From: a virus
Strand: one strand, 5' to 3'
Virus genome (UHGV): UHGV-0148166
Length of the DNA: 39,519 nucleotides
Shown: piece by piece, positions 1 through 9,278 of the stretch
Numbering within the stretch: position 1 is the first letter of the stretch
Layout: the number at the start of each line of letters is the position of its first letter
Made by a program: the position numbers and the translations under genes
Notes under the pieces: generated by a model
Database searches by the model: none
Seen by the model: the letters and a program-made list of their open reading frames with translations, nothing else
Told to the model about the DNA's origin: nothing

Positions 1-51
1 AGATCTACACGTAAGGAGTCGTCGGCAGCGTCAGATGTGTATAAGAGACAG
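1..51. other. Illumina Nextera/Tn5 adapter remnant (AGATCTACAC + index GTAAGGAG + TCGTCGGCAGCGTC + mosaic end AGATGTGTATAAGAGACAG); technical, not biological
   Basis: Matches the Nextera read-1 adapter with 8-nt i5 index; exact reverse complement at 39471-39519. Confidence 0.95.
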
Positions 52-673
52 AATTTATATAGGCGCCCATTCAACTGAAAATTTAGATGATGGATATATG
101 GGTTCTGGTAAATTATTAAAAAGAGCCCAAGATAAGTATGGTATAGAAAATTTTTCTAAAGAAATATTAGAGTTCTTTGACGATAAAACCTCTATGTTTG
201 AGTCAGAAAAGAATATTGTGACTGAAGAGTTTTTAAAGCGCCCTGATGTTTATAATTTGAAATTAGGTGGTGAAGGTGGTTGGGACCATTTAAACACTAA
301 AGAATATTTGGATAAAAAGAAAGAAGCTTCCTTAAAAGGAGCTGCCGCTTTTAAAACCAGATTTGAGAACGACCCAGACCTTAAAGAAAAATATCGTAAA
401 ATGGGTTCAGAAAGGTTTAAACAGCTTTGGGATAATCCTAAGTATAGAGAGAAATTTTTAAATACTAAATCTTTCTTGGGTAAGACCCATACTCCTGAAA
501 CTATTAATAAAATGAAAGAATCTCACGCCAGAAATAAACACCAACAAGGTGAAAAGAATTCCCAATTTGGTATGATGTGGATTCATTCATTAGATGAAAA
601 AGTTTCTAAACGTATTAAGAAAACTGACCCAATTCCAGAAGGATGGTTTAAAGGTCGAAAAATGAAATTTTAA
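52..673 (+). CDS. GIY-YIG homing endonuclease, SegB-like, 5'-truncated at adapter boundary
   Basis: GIY-YIG motif (IYIG...YMGSG), NUMOD-like basic repeats; immediately upstream of a tRNA gene as segB is in T4; track N-terminus MCIRDR is adapter-derived. Confidence 0.7.
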
Positions 674-676
674 CTA

Positions 677-753
<77 letters not shown>

Positions 754-1070
754 GACAAGAAACCGGGTCGCTACCGGTAAGTCGTCGGACTGATGTTCCC
801 TGTTTAAGGACTGGCATTAATAAATCTTTATGTTTTGTTGATGCCCTCTTACATCACAGCAGAAACGGCGCACCGAATTATCGATTCGAGGAAATATCTT
901 TGCCGTAAGCCGAGTAGCGTTTTTGACGGAACGTTCGGATATGGTCGAGATATGGCCTTTTAAAAATATTGAGTAGCGTCAACTACTTAATAACCGGGTT
1001 CAAGTCCCGGCGTTTCGTACAAACACTTGCCTTAGCAGGTGGAACCCCGACAAGGTTGCCGCAAGGCTTA
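754..1070 (+). ncRNA. Structured non-coding stretch; candidate small stable RNA(s), possibly T4 species-1/2-like; contains tRNA-like T-arm (CCGGG-TTCAAGT-CCCGG at 994-1010) but no canonical cloverleaf
   Basis: No ORF with RBS; several hairpins; GAGTAGCGT repeated at 912 and 971; lies between a tRNA and a terminator. Confidence 0.3.
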
Positions 1071-1097
1071 GCCCCGACCGAAAGGTTGGGGCTTTTT
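1071..1097 (+). terminator. Rho-independent terminator
   Basis: GCCCCGACC-GAAA-GGTTGGGGC stem-loop followed by TTTTT. Confidence 0.7.
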
Positions 1098-1204
1098 GGT
1101 ATCTAGGCCTTTCTGGGCCTCTCTAGGCATCATTTAGTTTATACCCTTTATAATATATTATCCTATCTTTTAATTGCCCCTCCCCGCCCTAGAATTCCCT
1201 AAAA

Positions 1205-1250
1205 ATTTTTCACAAAACTGTTTACATCCCTGTTCTTCCATGGTACTATA
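1205..1250 (+). promoter_or_regulatory. T4-type early promoter
   Basis: A/T-rich UP region, -35 TTTACA (1221-1226), 17-bp spacer, extended -10 TGG-TACTAT (1241-1249). Confidence 0.6.
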
Positions 1251-1292
1251 CAACTATCAACTACTGATACAGAAAACAACTTGGAGAATGAA

Positions 1293-1556
1293 ATGGATAA
1301 TTACGGCGAACTGTTCAACTTCTTTATGAAATGTGTTTCAGAAGATTTTGGTCGTACAGTGAATGATATTAAAGTTATCGGTCCTGACCATCCGATGTTT
1401 GAAACCTATGCAGTAATGGGTAATGAAGATGGTCAGTGGTATACTGTAAAGGTTGTGATTAACATGTTCACTGCTGAAGGTTATGTTAAACTGTCTTCTA
1501 AAGTTTACCATGATAACGATGAAATCGCAGAAGAATATTTCAATAATATGAAATAA
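1293..1556 (+). CDS. Hypothetical protein (e-region small ORF)
   Basis: ORF with GGAGA RBS before first in-frame ATG at 1293; track start 1281 is a TTG. Confidence 0.55.
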   Translation: MDNYGELFNFFMKCVSEDFGRTVNDIKVIGPDHPMFETYAVMGNEDGQWYTVKVVINMFTAEGYVKLSSKVYHDNDEIAEEYFNNMK

Positions 1557-1625
1557 TTGTGTACAAACGCCAAGGACGGTGTTATTATAGACTTATCAAA
1601 ACAAATACAGAAAACGGAGAAATAA

Positions 1626-1802
1626 ATGACTACTTTAATTATTTGGTTCGACGAAAATGAAGAAACATACTGCGTGAACATTGGCGAAAGCCCAATGCCA
1701 GAATTTGAATCTTCGGATAAAAACTCGGTTGTATCTTGGGCTGAAGGTTATAAAGCAGCAAAAGGCGATGTTGAAATAGTTTACAAACTATCCGGAGTAT
1801 AA
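1626..1802 (+). CDS. Hypothetical small protein (58 aa)
   Basis: ATG preceded by ACGGAGAAATAA RBS; hand-translated, below track length cutoff. Confidence 0.5.
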   Translation: MTTLIIWFDENEETYCVNIGESPMPEFESSDKNSVVSWAEGYKAAKGDVEIVYKLSGV

Positions 1803-1845
1803 TACTCTCACGGATTTTAAATCTTAATTAACCTAAGGAAATACT

Positions 1846-2439
1846 ATGAACACACTGAAGAAAATTGTTGAGTTTATTCGCACTAAACTTGGTTCTGCTA
1901 TGGCTAAAAATCTATCTGTTGAAGAACAGTATACTGCTGCAGCAGCAAAACTACTTGATAAAATTAAAGACCTAAAAACTGCTTCTGTTAAATCTATTAA
2001 TGAAGAAAAGCGTATTCGTGAACTTATTGCTGAAAAGAATAAACAGGCTGAATCAAAAGAGCGTGAAATTCGCAAGCTTCTTTCCGAAGGTCAAGATGTA
2101 ACAATGCATGCTAAACTCGGTTTGCTATATCGTCGAACAGCTGAACAGTTGACTACTAAAGCTGATGGTTATGCTGAAATGCGAATTGAAATCGCCAAGA
2201 AAGTAGTTGAGTTAGATGATGCTCGTCAAGAACTTGCGGTTAAATTGGAATATATCCGTGAAACTCGTGCAGCAAATGCCCTTGGAATTAGTACTGCCGA
2301 TGATGTAGTTGAAATTGCAGCGCTGACTAAGGTTGATATTGAAGATACCCTTGCTCGAGTTGAAACCTTTAACGGTAATATTTCTGGGGTTGAAACTACC
2401 TCTGCCGATGTTCAGGAATACATTAATTCTCTGAAATAA
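1846..2439 (+). CDS. Hypothetical alpha-helical coiled-coil protein (197 aa)
   Basis: AAGGAAA RBS; Ala/Glu/Lys-rich heptad-like sequence; followed by strong hairpin. Confidence 0.6.
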   Translation: MNTLKKIVEFIRTKLGSAMAKNLSVEEQYTAAAAKLLDKIKDLKTASVKSINEEKRIRELIAEKNKQAESKEREIRKLLSEGQDVTMHAKLGLLYRRTAEQLTTKADGYAEMRIEIAKKVVELDDARQELAVKLEYIRETRAANALGISTADDVVEIAALTKVDIEDTLARVETFNGNISGVETTSADVQEYINSLK

Positions 2440-2443
2440 TGAT

Positions 2444-2461
2444 AAGGGGCTTCGGCCCCTT
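2444..2461 (+). terminator. UUCG-tetraloop hairpin (terminator/RNA stability element)
   Basis: AAGGGGC-TTCG-GCCCCTT directly after stop codon; no clear U-run. Confidence 0.5.
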
Positions 2462-2480
2462 ATACTTGGAGTAAATAGGA

Positions 2481-3095
2481 ATGAAAATGAAAATGCAAAG
2501 TGATTTCAATTCAATGTTTGAAGAGTTCCAAAGACAGGTTGATGTTCCAGACCAATTACTAAATGCTCTTAAACGCATGGCAGAAGGACGTAATTACTAT
2601 TGGGGGTCTTCATATGAAACTGATGAAAGCCTTTCCGGAAGATTTTCTAGAGGTAAAAAGTCTTTAATACGTCCTGGAATACTCATTAACAGTATTGAAT
2701 CAATTCATTCATTGACGTGTGATTTTGATGTTGAATTTACTGATTTCATTTCTCCTGAATGGACGGTTTGTTATTTAAACGACGATTATGATTATCTTGG
2801 CGTTTATAGTTTAAGTGATGCATGGTTTAAACGTAATTTACAAAAATCAAATTTATTTTATATTGATACTACGGTAAAATTTCAGGGCAAGAAATATTTC
2901 TTTACTCTTATAGTTGATTCTGAAACGAAGCATGAAAATAAACGTATTCTTAGTAAAAAGAATATCTTAACTATTGTTGATGATCTTTTTGATAAATTCG
3001 TAGAAAATCCCAATTTTGAAAGCGATTTATTATTAGAAAAATTTGTTAAGGAATGTAGAGAATATGTCAAAGCCATCACTATACCTTCCAAGTAA
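2481..3095 (+). CDS. Hypothetical protein (204 aa) with C-terminal KFVKECREY motif shared with downstream membrane paralogs
   Basis: ORF with GGAGTAAATAGGA RBS; C-terminal motif similarity. Confidence 0.6.
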   Translation: MKMKMQSDFNSMFEEFQRQVDVPDQLLNALKRMAEGRNYYWGSSYETDESLSGRFSRGKKSLIRPGILINSIESIHSLTCDFDVEFTDFISPEWTVCYLNDDYDYLGVYSLSDAWFKRNLQKSNLFYIDTTVKFQGKKYFFTLIVDSETKHENKRILSKKNILTIVDDLFDKFVENPNFESDLLLEKFVKECREYVKAITIPSK

Positions 3096-3456
3096 ACCTG
3101 TGAAGTATGAACCAAAGCGTCAGCTAATTTCTACTGATGTGTTAATAGGTCCTGTGGTAGCTGTATCATTTGTGATTTTGGTGATTGCTGGAATGGTTAT
3201 AGACGTTATGACTGATATTGAATCTGGTGTAATATTTGGAGCAACACTAATTCTTCCATTGGTAGTTCCGCTTTTATTAGTACCTGTAAATTGGGTAGGA
3301 TACTGGTATCAAGGAAGACATTATCGTAAACGTGTACGTGATTGGAAAGCTCAGTGTAAAAAGATTAAAAAGGAACATCAGCTTAAGCTAGATATGTATG
3401 AATTTGATGAAATTATGAAATTTGTTAAGGAATCACGATGCAAAAGCCAAAACTAA
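3064..3456 (+). CDS. 2-TM membrane protein, paralog 1 (C-terminal tail KFVKESRCK)
   Basis: Two hydrophobic helices then basic tail; AAGGA RBS before ATG 3064; junction DNA nearly identical to that at 3420-3445. Confidence 0.6.
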   Translation: MSKPSLYLPSKPVKYEPKRQLISTDVLIGPVVAVSFVILVIAGMVIDVMTDIESGVIFGATLILPLVVPLLLVPVNWVGYWYQGRHYRKRVRDWKAQCKKIKKEHQLKLDMYEFDEIMKFVKESRCKSQN

Positions 3457-3800
3457 ATAAAGTCAAATATTCGCTTCCTGAGTCATTTTTAATTTTTGCT
3501 GTGGCGTTGGCTGCAGCTCTTGCGGGTAGTCTTTTTGGATTGTTAATTGACTGTCTTATTTTAAACATTGACGGCACAGTAAATATAATAGAAGTTTGGA
3601 GTGAACTTCATTATACTATAGCGATTTCATTATTTTCATTCTTTGGTATCATTTTATATTTTCATTATGATAATTTTAAAATAAATTGGCAAAGAAAAAA
3701 AGATTACAAAATACAATTAAAAGAATATAATAGCTACATGTCTTATATTGAAAATGAGTCAATGAAAGAGTTTGTGAGTGATTGTAGGAAAATTAAATGA
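3438..3800 (+). CDS. 2-TM membrane protein, paralog 2 (C-terminal tail EFVSDCRKIK)
   Basis: Two hydrophobic helices; AAGGA RBS; N-terminus MQKPKL resembles MSKPSL of paralog 1. Confidence 0.6.
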   Translation: MQKPKLNKVKYSLPESFLIFAVALAAALAGSLFGLLIDCLILNIDGTVNIIEVWSELHYTIAISLFSFFGIILYFHYDNFKINWQRKKDYKIQLKEYNSYMSYIENESMKEFVSDCRKIK

Positions 3801-4281
3801 TTTTAAAAACTCGCTGGTATGATTTAGATGATGGGGATGATGGCATTTCAGTTGATAGAGTTGACTGGAATGGTTGTTCCGAAGATATGAAAAATTTGTT
3901 GATTAGGGAGTTTAGAATGGGATATCAAGCAGCTAAGCCATTTACTGTAACAGATGATAAGTTCGTATGTATTCAAAACGGTCGCGCTAAGTTAACGAAT
4001 GCTGATTGGTTCACAGATAAGAAGGTTCTTCTGTGGTATATCATTAGTCTTCCTATATCATCGTTCGTATTTTACTTTTTTATAAAAAATCCAATGGACA
4101 GAATAGGAGATTGGATTCTTTTAACCATACTTGTTAATATTTTTACAGCAGCAGTATTATCAGGAATATGGCGTATGTTCATTGAAATGCCATGGCGTTT
4201 ACGCAGACAACAAAAGATTTTTGATGAAAAGAAATATACTCAAAATTTAAATAACTTTATCACTGAATGCAGGAAATTAAA

Positions 4282-4285
<4 letters not shown>
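3797..4285 (+). CDS. 2-TM membrane protein, paralog 3 with N-terminal soluble domain (C-terminal tail NFITECRKLK)
   Basis: Hydrophobic helices in C-terminal half; AGGAAA RBS; ATGA overlap with next gene. Confidence 0.6.
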
Positions 4286-5254
<969 letters not shown>

Positions 5255-5259
5255 AGTTG

Positions 5260-5288
5260 TTTACTTTCTCCTAGAATTGTGATAGTAT
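5260..5288 (+). promoter_or_regulatory. T4-type early promoter upstream of denV
   Basis: -35 TTTACT, 17-bp spacer, TGTG-TAGTAT extended -10. Confidence 0.5.
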
Positions 5289-5313
5289 ATTCACAGTTAC
5301 TTGGAGGGATAAA

Positions 5314-5730
5314 ATGACTCGTATTAATTTGACTTTAGTATCTGAACTTGCTGATCAACATTTAATCGCAGAATACCGTGAACTGCCGCGTGTTTTTGGT
5401 ATAGTTCGTAAACATGTTGCAAATGGTAAGCGGGTTAAAGATTTTAAAATATCTTCCGAGTTTATTTTAGGTTCTGGTCATGTCACGTTCTTTTACGATA
5501 AGTTAGAATTTTTGCGAAAGCGTCAATCAGACATTATAGCGGAATGCTTAAAACGTGGGTTTAGTATAAAAGATACTGAAGTTCCTGACATCAGCGATAT
5601 TCCAGCAGAATGGAAAAATGATTATAACCCATGCAAATCGGCTATTAAATTGAGTCAACAACGACTCGATGAAAAAATTTTAATGAAGCCACACTGGTAT
5701 AAATACTACGGCAAAAATATTTACATTTAA
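5314..5730 (+). CDS. denV: Endonuclease V, pyrimidine-dimer DNA glycosylase (DenV)
   Basis: 138 aa, N-terminal [17 protein letters not shown] and overall sequence match T4 endo V as recalled. Confidence 0.95.
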   Translation: MTRINLTLVSELADQHLIAEYRELPRVFGIVRKHVANGKRVKDFKISSEFILGSGHVTFFYDKLEFLRKRQSDIIAECLKRGFSIKDTEVPDISDIPAEWKNDYNPCKSAIKLSQQRLDEKILMKPHWYKYYGKNIYI

Positions 5731-5876
5731 ATAACATGGGAATAACCTGGACCTCATGATTCTGTGAGGGATTCCCGCCAACCTGTAATAAGGTCGAGCC
5801 CAAGTGCGGTAATGGGTAAATACAGAAATGGACAATTCATGCGCCATGGAATGGCCCAAACCTAGAGAGAACAAAA

Positions 5877-6416
5877 ATGAGAACATTTTTAACTGGTCCT
5901 TATCTATCCCTGATGAATGCTTTTACACACCATTCTGATGCTAGAGTAGAAGAAATTTGTAAAAACGATTATATCCTATCATTTGAAGACTTACTTAAAC
6001 AGTATTGCACACTTCGACTAGATGGTGGACGTCAATCCGGTAAATCAATTGCTGTGACTAACTTTGCTGCTAATTGGTTGTATGATGGCGGAACAGTTAT
6101 TGTTCTTTCTAATACTTCAGCTTACGCTAAAATTTCTGCAAATAACATCAAAAAGGAATTTTCGCGTTATTCTAATGATGATATACGTTTTCGTTTATTT
6201 ACTGATTCTGTACGCAGTTTTATTGGTAATAAAGGAAGCAAGTTCAGAGGTTTATCGCTTTCGCGAATTTTGTATATAATTGATGAGCCTGTCAAATCTC
6301 CTGATATGGATAAGATTTATGATGCTCATATTGACACTGTACAGTACTGCTGCAATAGTAAATGCTGCATTGGCGGTATTACTCGTCCGCAGTTTTTCGT
6401 AATTGGAATGCAATGA
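5877..6416 (+). CDS. Hypothetical small P-loop NTPase-like protein (179 aa)
   Basis: Walker A-like GGRQSGKS and Walker B-like ILYIIDEP; vs-region position. Confidence 0.5.
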   Translation: MRTFLTGPYLSLMNAFTHHSDARVEEICKNDYILSFEDLLKQYCTLRLDGGRQSGKSIAVTNFAANWLYDGGTVIVLSNTSAYAKISANNIKKEFSRYSNDDIRFRLFTDSVRSFIGNKGSKFRGLSLSRILYIIDEPVKSPDMDKIYDAHIDTVQYCCNSKCCIGGITRPQFFVIGMQ

Positions 6417-6742
6417 TGACAGATACGCAACTTTTCGAATATCTTTATTTTTCGCCAAAAACTATTAAAAATAAATTGGTGAATCATTTTGAAATTTTGG
6501 CAAATAACAACGTCTTGAGCGAATTTTATCCCAAGCAATACAAATTACAAAAAGGTGTATTCAAAGGATGCAGAGTTTTGTGCACTGCTCCTAATGCACG
6601 GCTAATGAATAAAATTCCATATTTTACCATGGAATTTATTGATGGACCTTTTAAAGGATTAATTACGCAAAGTTTAATGGCATATGATTCTGAGCCATTT
6701 TTAATTAAAGAACAATCTTGGATAAATTTATTTTCTAATTGA
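6413..6742 (+). CDS. Hypothetical protein (vs-region)
   Basis: ORF with ATGA overlap to upstream gene. Confidence 0.5.
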   Translation: MMTDTQLFEYLYFSPKTIKNKLVNHFEILANNNVLSEFYPKQYKLQKGVFKGCRVLCTAPNARLMNKIPYFTMEFIDGPFKGLITQSLMAYDSEPFLIKEQSWINLFSN

Positions 6743-6749
6743 GGTTTAT

Positions 6750-7112
6750 ATGAAAGCATATCAAATTCTTGAAGGCACACATAAAGGTACTATTTATTTT
6801 GAAGATGGTATTCAAGCACGAATTATTGTTTCTAAAACCTTTAAAGAGGACTCTTTTGTAGACCCAGAAATTTTCTACGGTTTGCGTGCCCGTGAAATTG
6901 AAATTGAGCCACAACCTACAGTTAAAATTGAAGGTGGTCAACACCTGAACGTTAACGTTCTGCGTCGTGAAACTCTGGAAGATGCAGTTAAGCATCCGGA
7001 AAAATATCCGCAATTGACTATCCGTGTATCCGGTTATGCAGTTCGCTTTAACTCTCTGACTCCGGAACAGCAGCGCGACGTTATCGCTCGTACCTTTACC
7101 GAGAGTTTGTAA
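6750..7112 (+). CDS. Autonomous glycyl-radical cofactor, GrcA/YfiD-like (T4 Y06I-like)
   Basis: C-terminal 70 aa match the glycyl-radical domain as recalled for E. coli GrcA ([60 protein letters not shown]). Confidence 0.9.
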   Translation: MKAYQILEGTHKGTIYFEDGIQARIIVSKTFKEDSFVDPEIFYGLRAREIEIEPQPTVKIEGGQHLNVNVLRRETLEDAVKHPEKYPQLTIRVSGYAVRFNSLTPEQQRDVIARTFTESL

Positions 7113-7333
7113 TGGCAAAGATAATTATTGAAGGTTCTGAAGATGTGCTAAATGCTTTCGCCGAGTGGTTTAGTAATTCAGGTGAACAACAATTTAATGA
7201 AGCGTGGAATATGGGTGATATTGATGGAATTTATCCTACGACAGAAATTTCTGTTCAGGGATATGGCATTCATGAACCTATTCGTTTAGTTGAATACGAT
7301 TTATGTACTGGCGAGGAAGTCAAATATGATTGA
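7112..7333 (+). CDS. Hypothetical small acidic protein (73 aa)
   Basis: ORF with ATG overlapping upstream stop. Confidence 0.5.
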   Translation: MAKIIIEGSEDVLNAFAEWFSNSGEQQFNEAWNMGDIDGIYPTTEISVQGYGIHEPIRLVEYDLCTGEEVKYD

Positions 7334-7592
7334 AGATATTAAGGGTTATAAACCACATACTGAAGAGAAAATCGGTAAAGTGAATGCTATCAAAGACGCT
7401 GAAGTTCGTTTAGGACTTATCTTTGATGCTTTATATGATGAATTCTGGGAAGCGTGGGATGATTGCGAAGACTTTGAACTCGCGAAGAATTATGCTGAAA
7501 GCCTCGATCAGTTAGCTATTGCTAAAACGAAACTCAAAGAAGCCAGTATGTGGGCTTGTCGTGCAGTGTTCCAACCAGAGGAAAAATACTAA
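7326..7592 (+). CDS. Hypothetical small acidic protein (88 aa)
   Basis: GAGGAAG RBS before ATG 7326. Confidence 0.5.
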   Translation: MIEDIKGYKPHTEEKIGKVNAIKDAEVRLGLIFDALYDEFWEAWDDCEDFELAKNYAESLDQLAIAKTKLKEASMWACRAVFQPEEKY

Positions 7593-7870
7593 TGGCTCAA
7601 TTAAGCGCAGGGTTTGGTTATGAGTATTATACTGCCCCTCGTCGTGTATCTGTTGCTCATAAGAAAATTCAAAGTCTTGATGACTTCCAGGAAGTAGTCC
7701 GTAACGCTTTCCAGGACTATGCACGTTATCTTAAAGAAGATTCGCAGGACTGTCTCGAAGAAGATGAAATTGCTTACTATACGCAGCGTCTTGAACAGCT
7801 CAAAAATCTACATGAGGTTCGTGCAGAAGTTTCAAAGTCTATGAATAAATTGATTAGATTTAAAGAATAA
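7592..7870 (+). CDS. Hypothetical small protein (92 aa)
   Basis: GAGGAAAAA RBS; TAATG overlap with upstream gene. Confidence 0.5.
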   Translation: MAQLSAGFGYEYYTAPRRVSVAHKKIQSLDDFQEVVRNAFQDYARYLKEDSQDCLEEDEIAYYTQRLEQLKNLHEVRAEVSKSMNKLIRFKE

Positions 7871-7873
7871 CTG

Positions 7874-7902
7874 TTTACTTTTCCTCTTGACTGTGGTATA
7901 AT
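7874..7902 (+). promoter_or_regulatory. T4-type early promoter upstream of regB
   Basis: -35 TTTACT, 17-bp spacer, TGG-TATAAT. Confidence 0.6.
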
Positions 7903-7929
7903 TTTTCTATCAGTTAAGAGGAGAACAAC

Positions 7930-8391
7930 ATGACTATCAATACAGAAGTTTTTATCCGTCGAAATAAGCTTCGTCGTCACTTTGAGTCGGAGTTTCGTCA
8001 AATTAACAATGAGATTCGTGAGGCATCAAAAGCAGCAGGAGTCTCATCGTTTCATCTAAAATATTCTCAGCATCTTCTTGATCGTGCAATTCAACGGGAG
8101 ATTGATGAGACATATGTTTTTGAATTATTCCACAAAATAAAAGACCATGTTTTAGAAGTTAATGAATTCCTGAGTATGCCTCCGCGTCCTGACATTGATG
8201 AGGATTTTATTGATGGGGTTGAATACCGTCCTGGACGTTTAGAAATCACAGATGGAAATCTTTGGCTTGGATTTACAGTTTGTAAACCTAATGCGAAGTT
8301 CAAAGACCCGTCGCTTCAATGCAGGATGGCAATTATCAATAGTCGTCGTTTACCAGGAAAGGCTTCTAAAGCAGTAATTAAAACTCAATGA
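7930..8391 (+). CDS. regB: RegB site-specific endoribonuclease
   Basis: 153 aa, length and sequence match T4 RegB as recalled; AAGAGGAG RBS. Confidence 0.85.
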   Translation: MTINTEVFIRRNKLRRHFESEFRQINNEIREASKAAGVSSFHLKYSQHLLDRAIQREIDETYVFELFHKIKDHVLEVNEFLSMPPRPDIDEDFIDGVEYRPGRLEITDGNLWLGFTVCKPNAKFKDPSLQCRMAIINSRRLPGKASKAVIKTQ

Positions 8392-8398
8392 GGTAAGC

Positions 8399-8944
8399 AT
8401 GAGAAAAGCACTACTCGCTGGTCTATTGGCCATTTCAATGATGGCACATAGCTCCGAGCATACTTTCAGTAATGTCCAACTCGATAACATGCGTTACGCG
8501 TATCAATTCGGGGAACAATTTTCTAAGGATGGAAAATATAAAACACACAAAAACATCCATAAGAGCGGATTGGGTCATATAATGGCTGCTATTTTGTGGC
8601 AAGAAAGCTCTGCCGGAGTTAATTTAAAATCTAAACCAAAGCATCATGCCTATGGAATGTTCCAAAATTATTTGCCTACTATGCGAGCGAGAGTCAAGGA
8701 ACTTGGTTATAATATGACCGATGCTGAAATAAAAAGAATGTTGAATAAACGATCCAATTCAGCTTCCTGGGCGTACATTGAACTTTCTTATTGGTTAAAT
8801 ATACATAAGGGCGATATAAGAAAAGCAATATCCTCTTATAATTCGGGATGGAATGTTAAAGCAGGTTCTAAATATGCTTCTGAAGTCCTAGAAAAGGCTA
8901 ATTACCTTAAAAATAATAAACTTTTGGAAATAGTAAATGACTAA
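8399..8944 (+). CDS. Secreted lytic-transglycosylase-like protein (SLT-domain motifs)
   Basis: N-terminal signal peptide; motifs WQESS, AYGMFQ, YNSG resembling the SLT catalytic region. Confidence 0.6.
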   Translation: MRKALLAGLLAISMMAHSSEHTFSNVQLDNMRYAYQFGEQFSKDGKYKTHKNIHKSGLGHIMAAILWQESSAGVNLKSKPKHHAYGMFQNYLPTMRARVKELGYNMTDAEIKRMLNKRSNSASWAYIELSYWLNIHKGDIRKAISSYNSGWNVKAGSKYASEVLEKANYLKNNKLLEIVND

Positions 8945-9278
8945 AATTTTGGTTTTATGTGTAGGATTAATTTCATTTTCTGCGTTAGCAAATACATCAT
9001 ATACTGAAATTAGAGAATATGTAAACCGCACTGCGGCAGATTATTGTGGGAAAAATAAAGCATGCCAAGCTGAATTTGCACAGAAATTAATATATGCATA
9101 TAAAGACGGAGAAAGAGATAAATCAAGCAGATACAAAAACGATACATTATTAAAACGATATGCTAAAAAGTGGAATACCTTAGAATGTTCAGTTGCGGAG
9201 GAGAAAGATAAAGCCGCTTGTCATTCAATGGTTGACCGTTTGGTAGATTCTTATAATCGAGGATTGAGTACTAGATGA
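8937..9278 (+). CDS. Small secreted protein with 4 Cys (113 aa)
   Basis: Signal peptide (MTKILVLCVGLISFSALA); ATGA overlap with upstream gene. Confidence 0.55.
   Translation: MTKILVLCVGLISFSALANTSYTEIREYVNRTAADYCGKNKACQAEFAQKLIYAYKDGERDKSSRYKNDTLLKRYAKKWNTLECSVAEEKDKAACHSMVDRLVDSYNRGLSTR

Noticed and set aside
35-51. First 17 nt of track ORF 35-673 (MCIRDR)
   Set aside because: Derived from the Nextera adapter; the real gene is 5'-truncated and begins at 52 within this window.
927-1018. Possible second tRNA using the T-arm at 994-1010
   Set aside because: An acceptor stem (CGGAACG/CGTTTCG) can be drawn but no canonical D-arm or anticodon loop with U33; kept only as tRNA-like structure within the ncRNA candidate.
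1833-2075. Minus-strand ORFs throughout the window (e.g. 1833-2075, 6735-7118, 15025-15366, 22862-23095, 37184-37567, 38686-38913)
   Set aside because: All lie inside stronger +-strand genes, lack RBS context and are low-complexity; the whole region is co-directionally transcribed like the T4 early region.
1846-2439. PspA/IM30-like identity for the 197-aa coiled-coil protein
   Set aside because: The resemblance is only general (long amphipathic helices); without a profile search this cannot be distinguished from any coiled-coil protein.
6064-6279. +-strand ORFs embedded out of frame in larger genes (6064-6279, 15071-15265, 34230-34451, 37150-37413, 28744-28968, 9973-10158)
   Set aside because: Alternative frames inside well-supported genes; no independent RBS or motif support.
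8937-9278. Assigning this ORF as T4 vs (valyl-tRNA synthetase modifier) on positional grounds
   Set aside because: The protein has a clear signal peptide, which is inconsistent with a cytoplasmic synthetase modifier; left as a hypothetical secreted protein.
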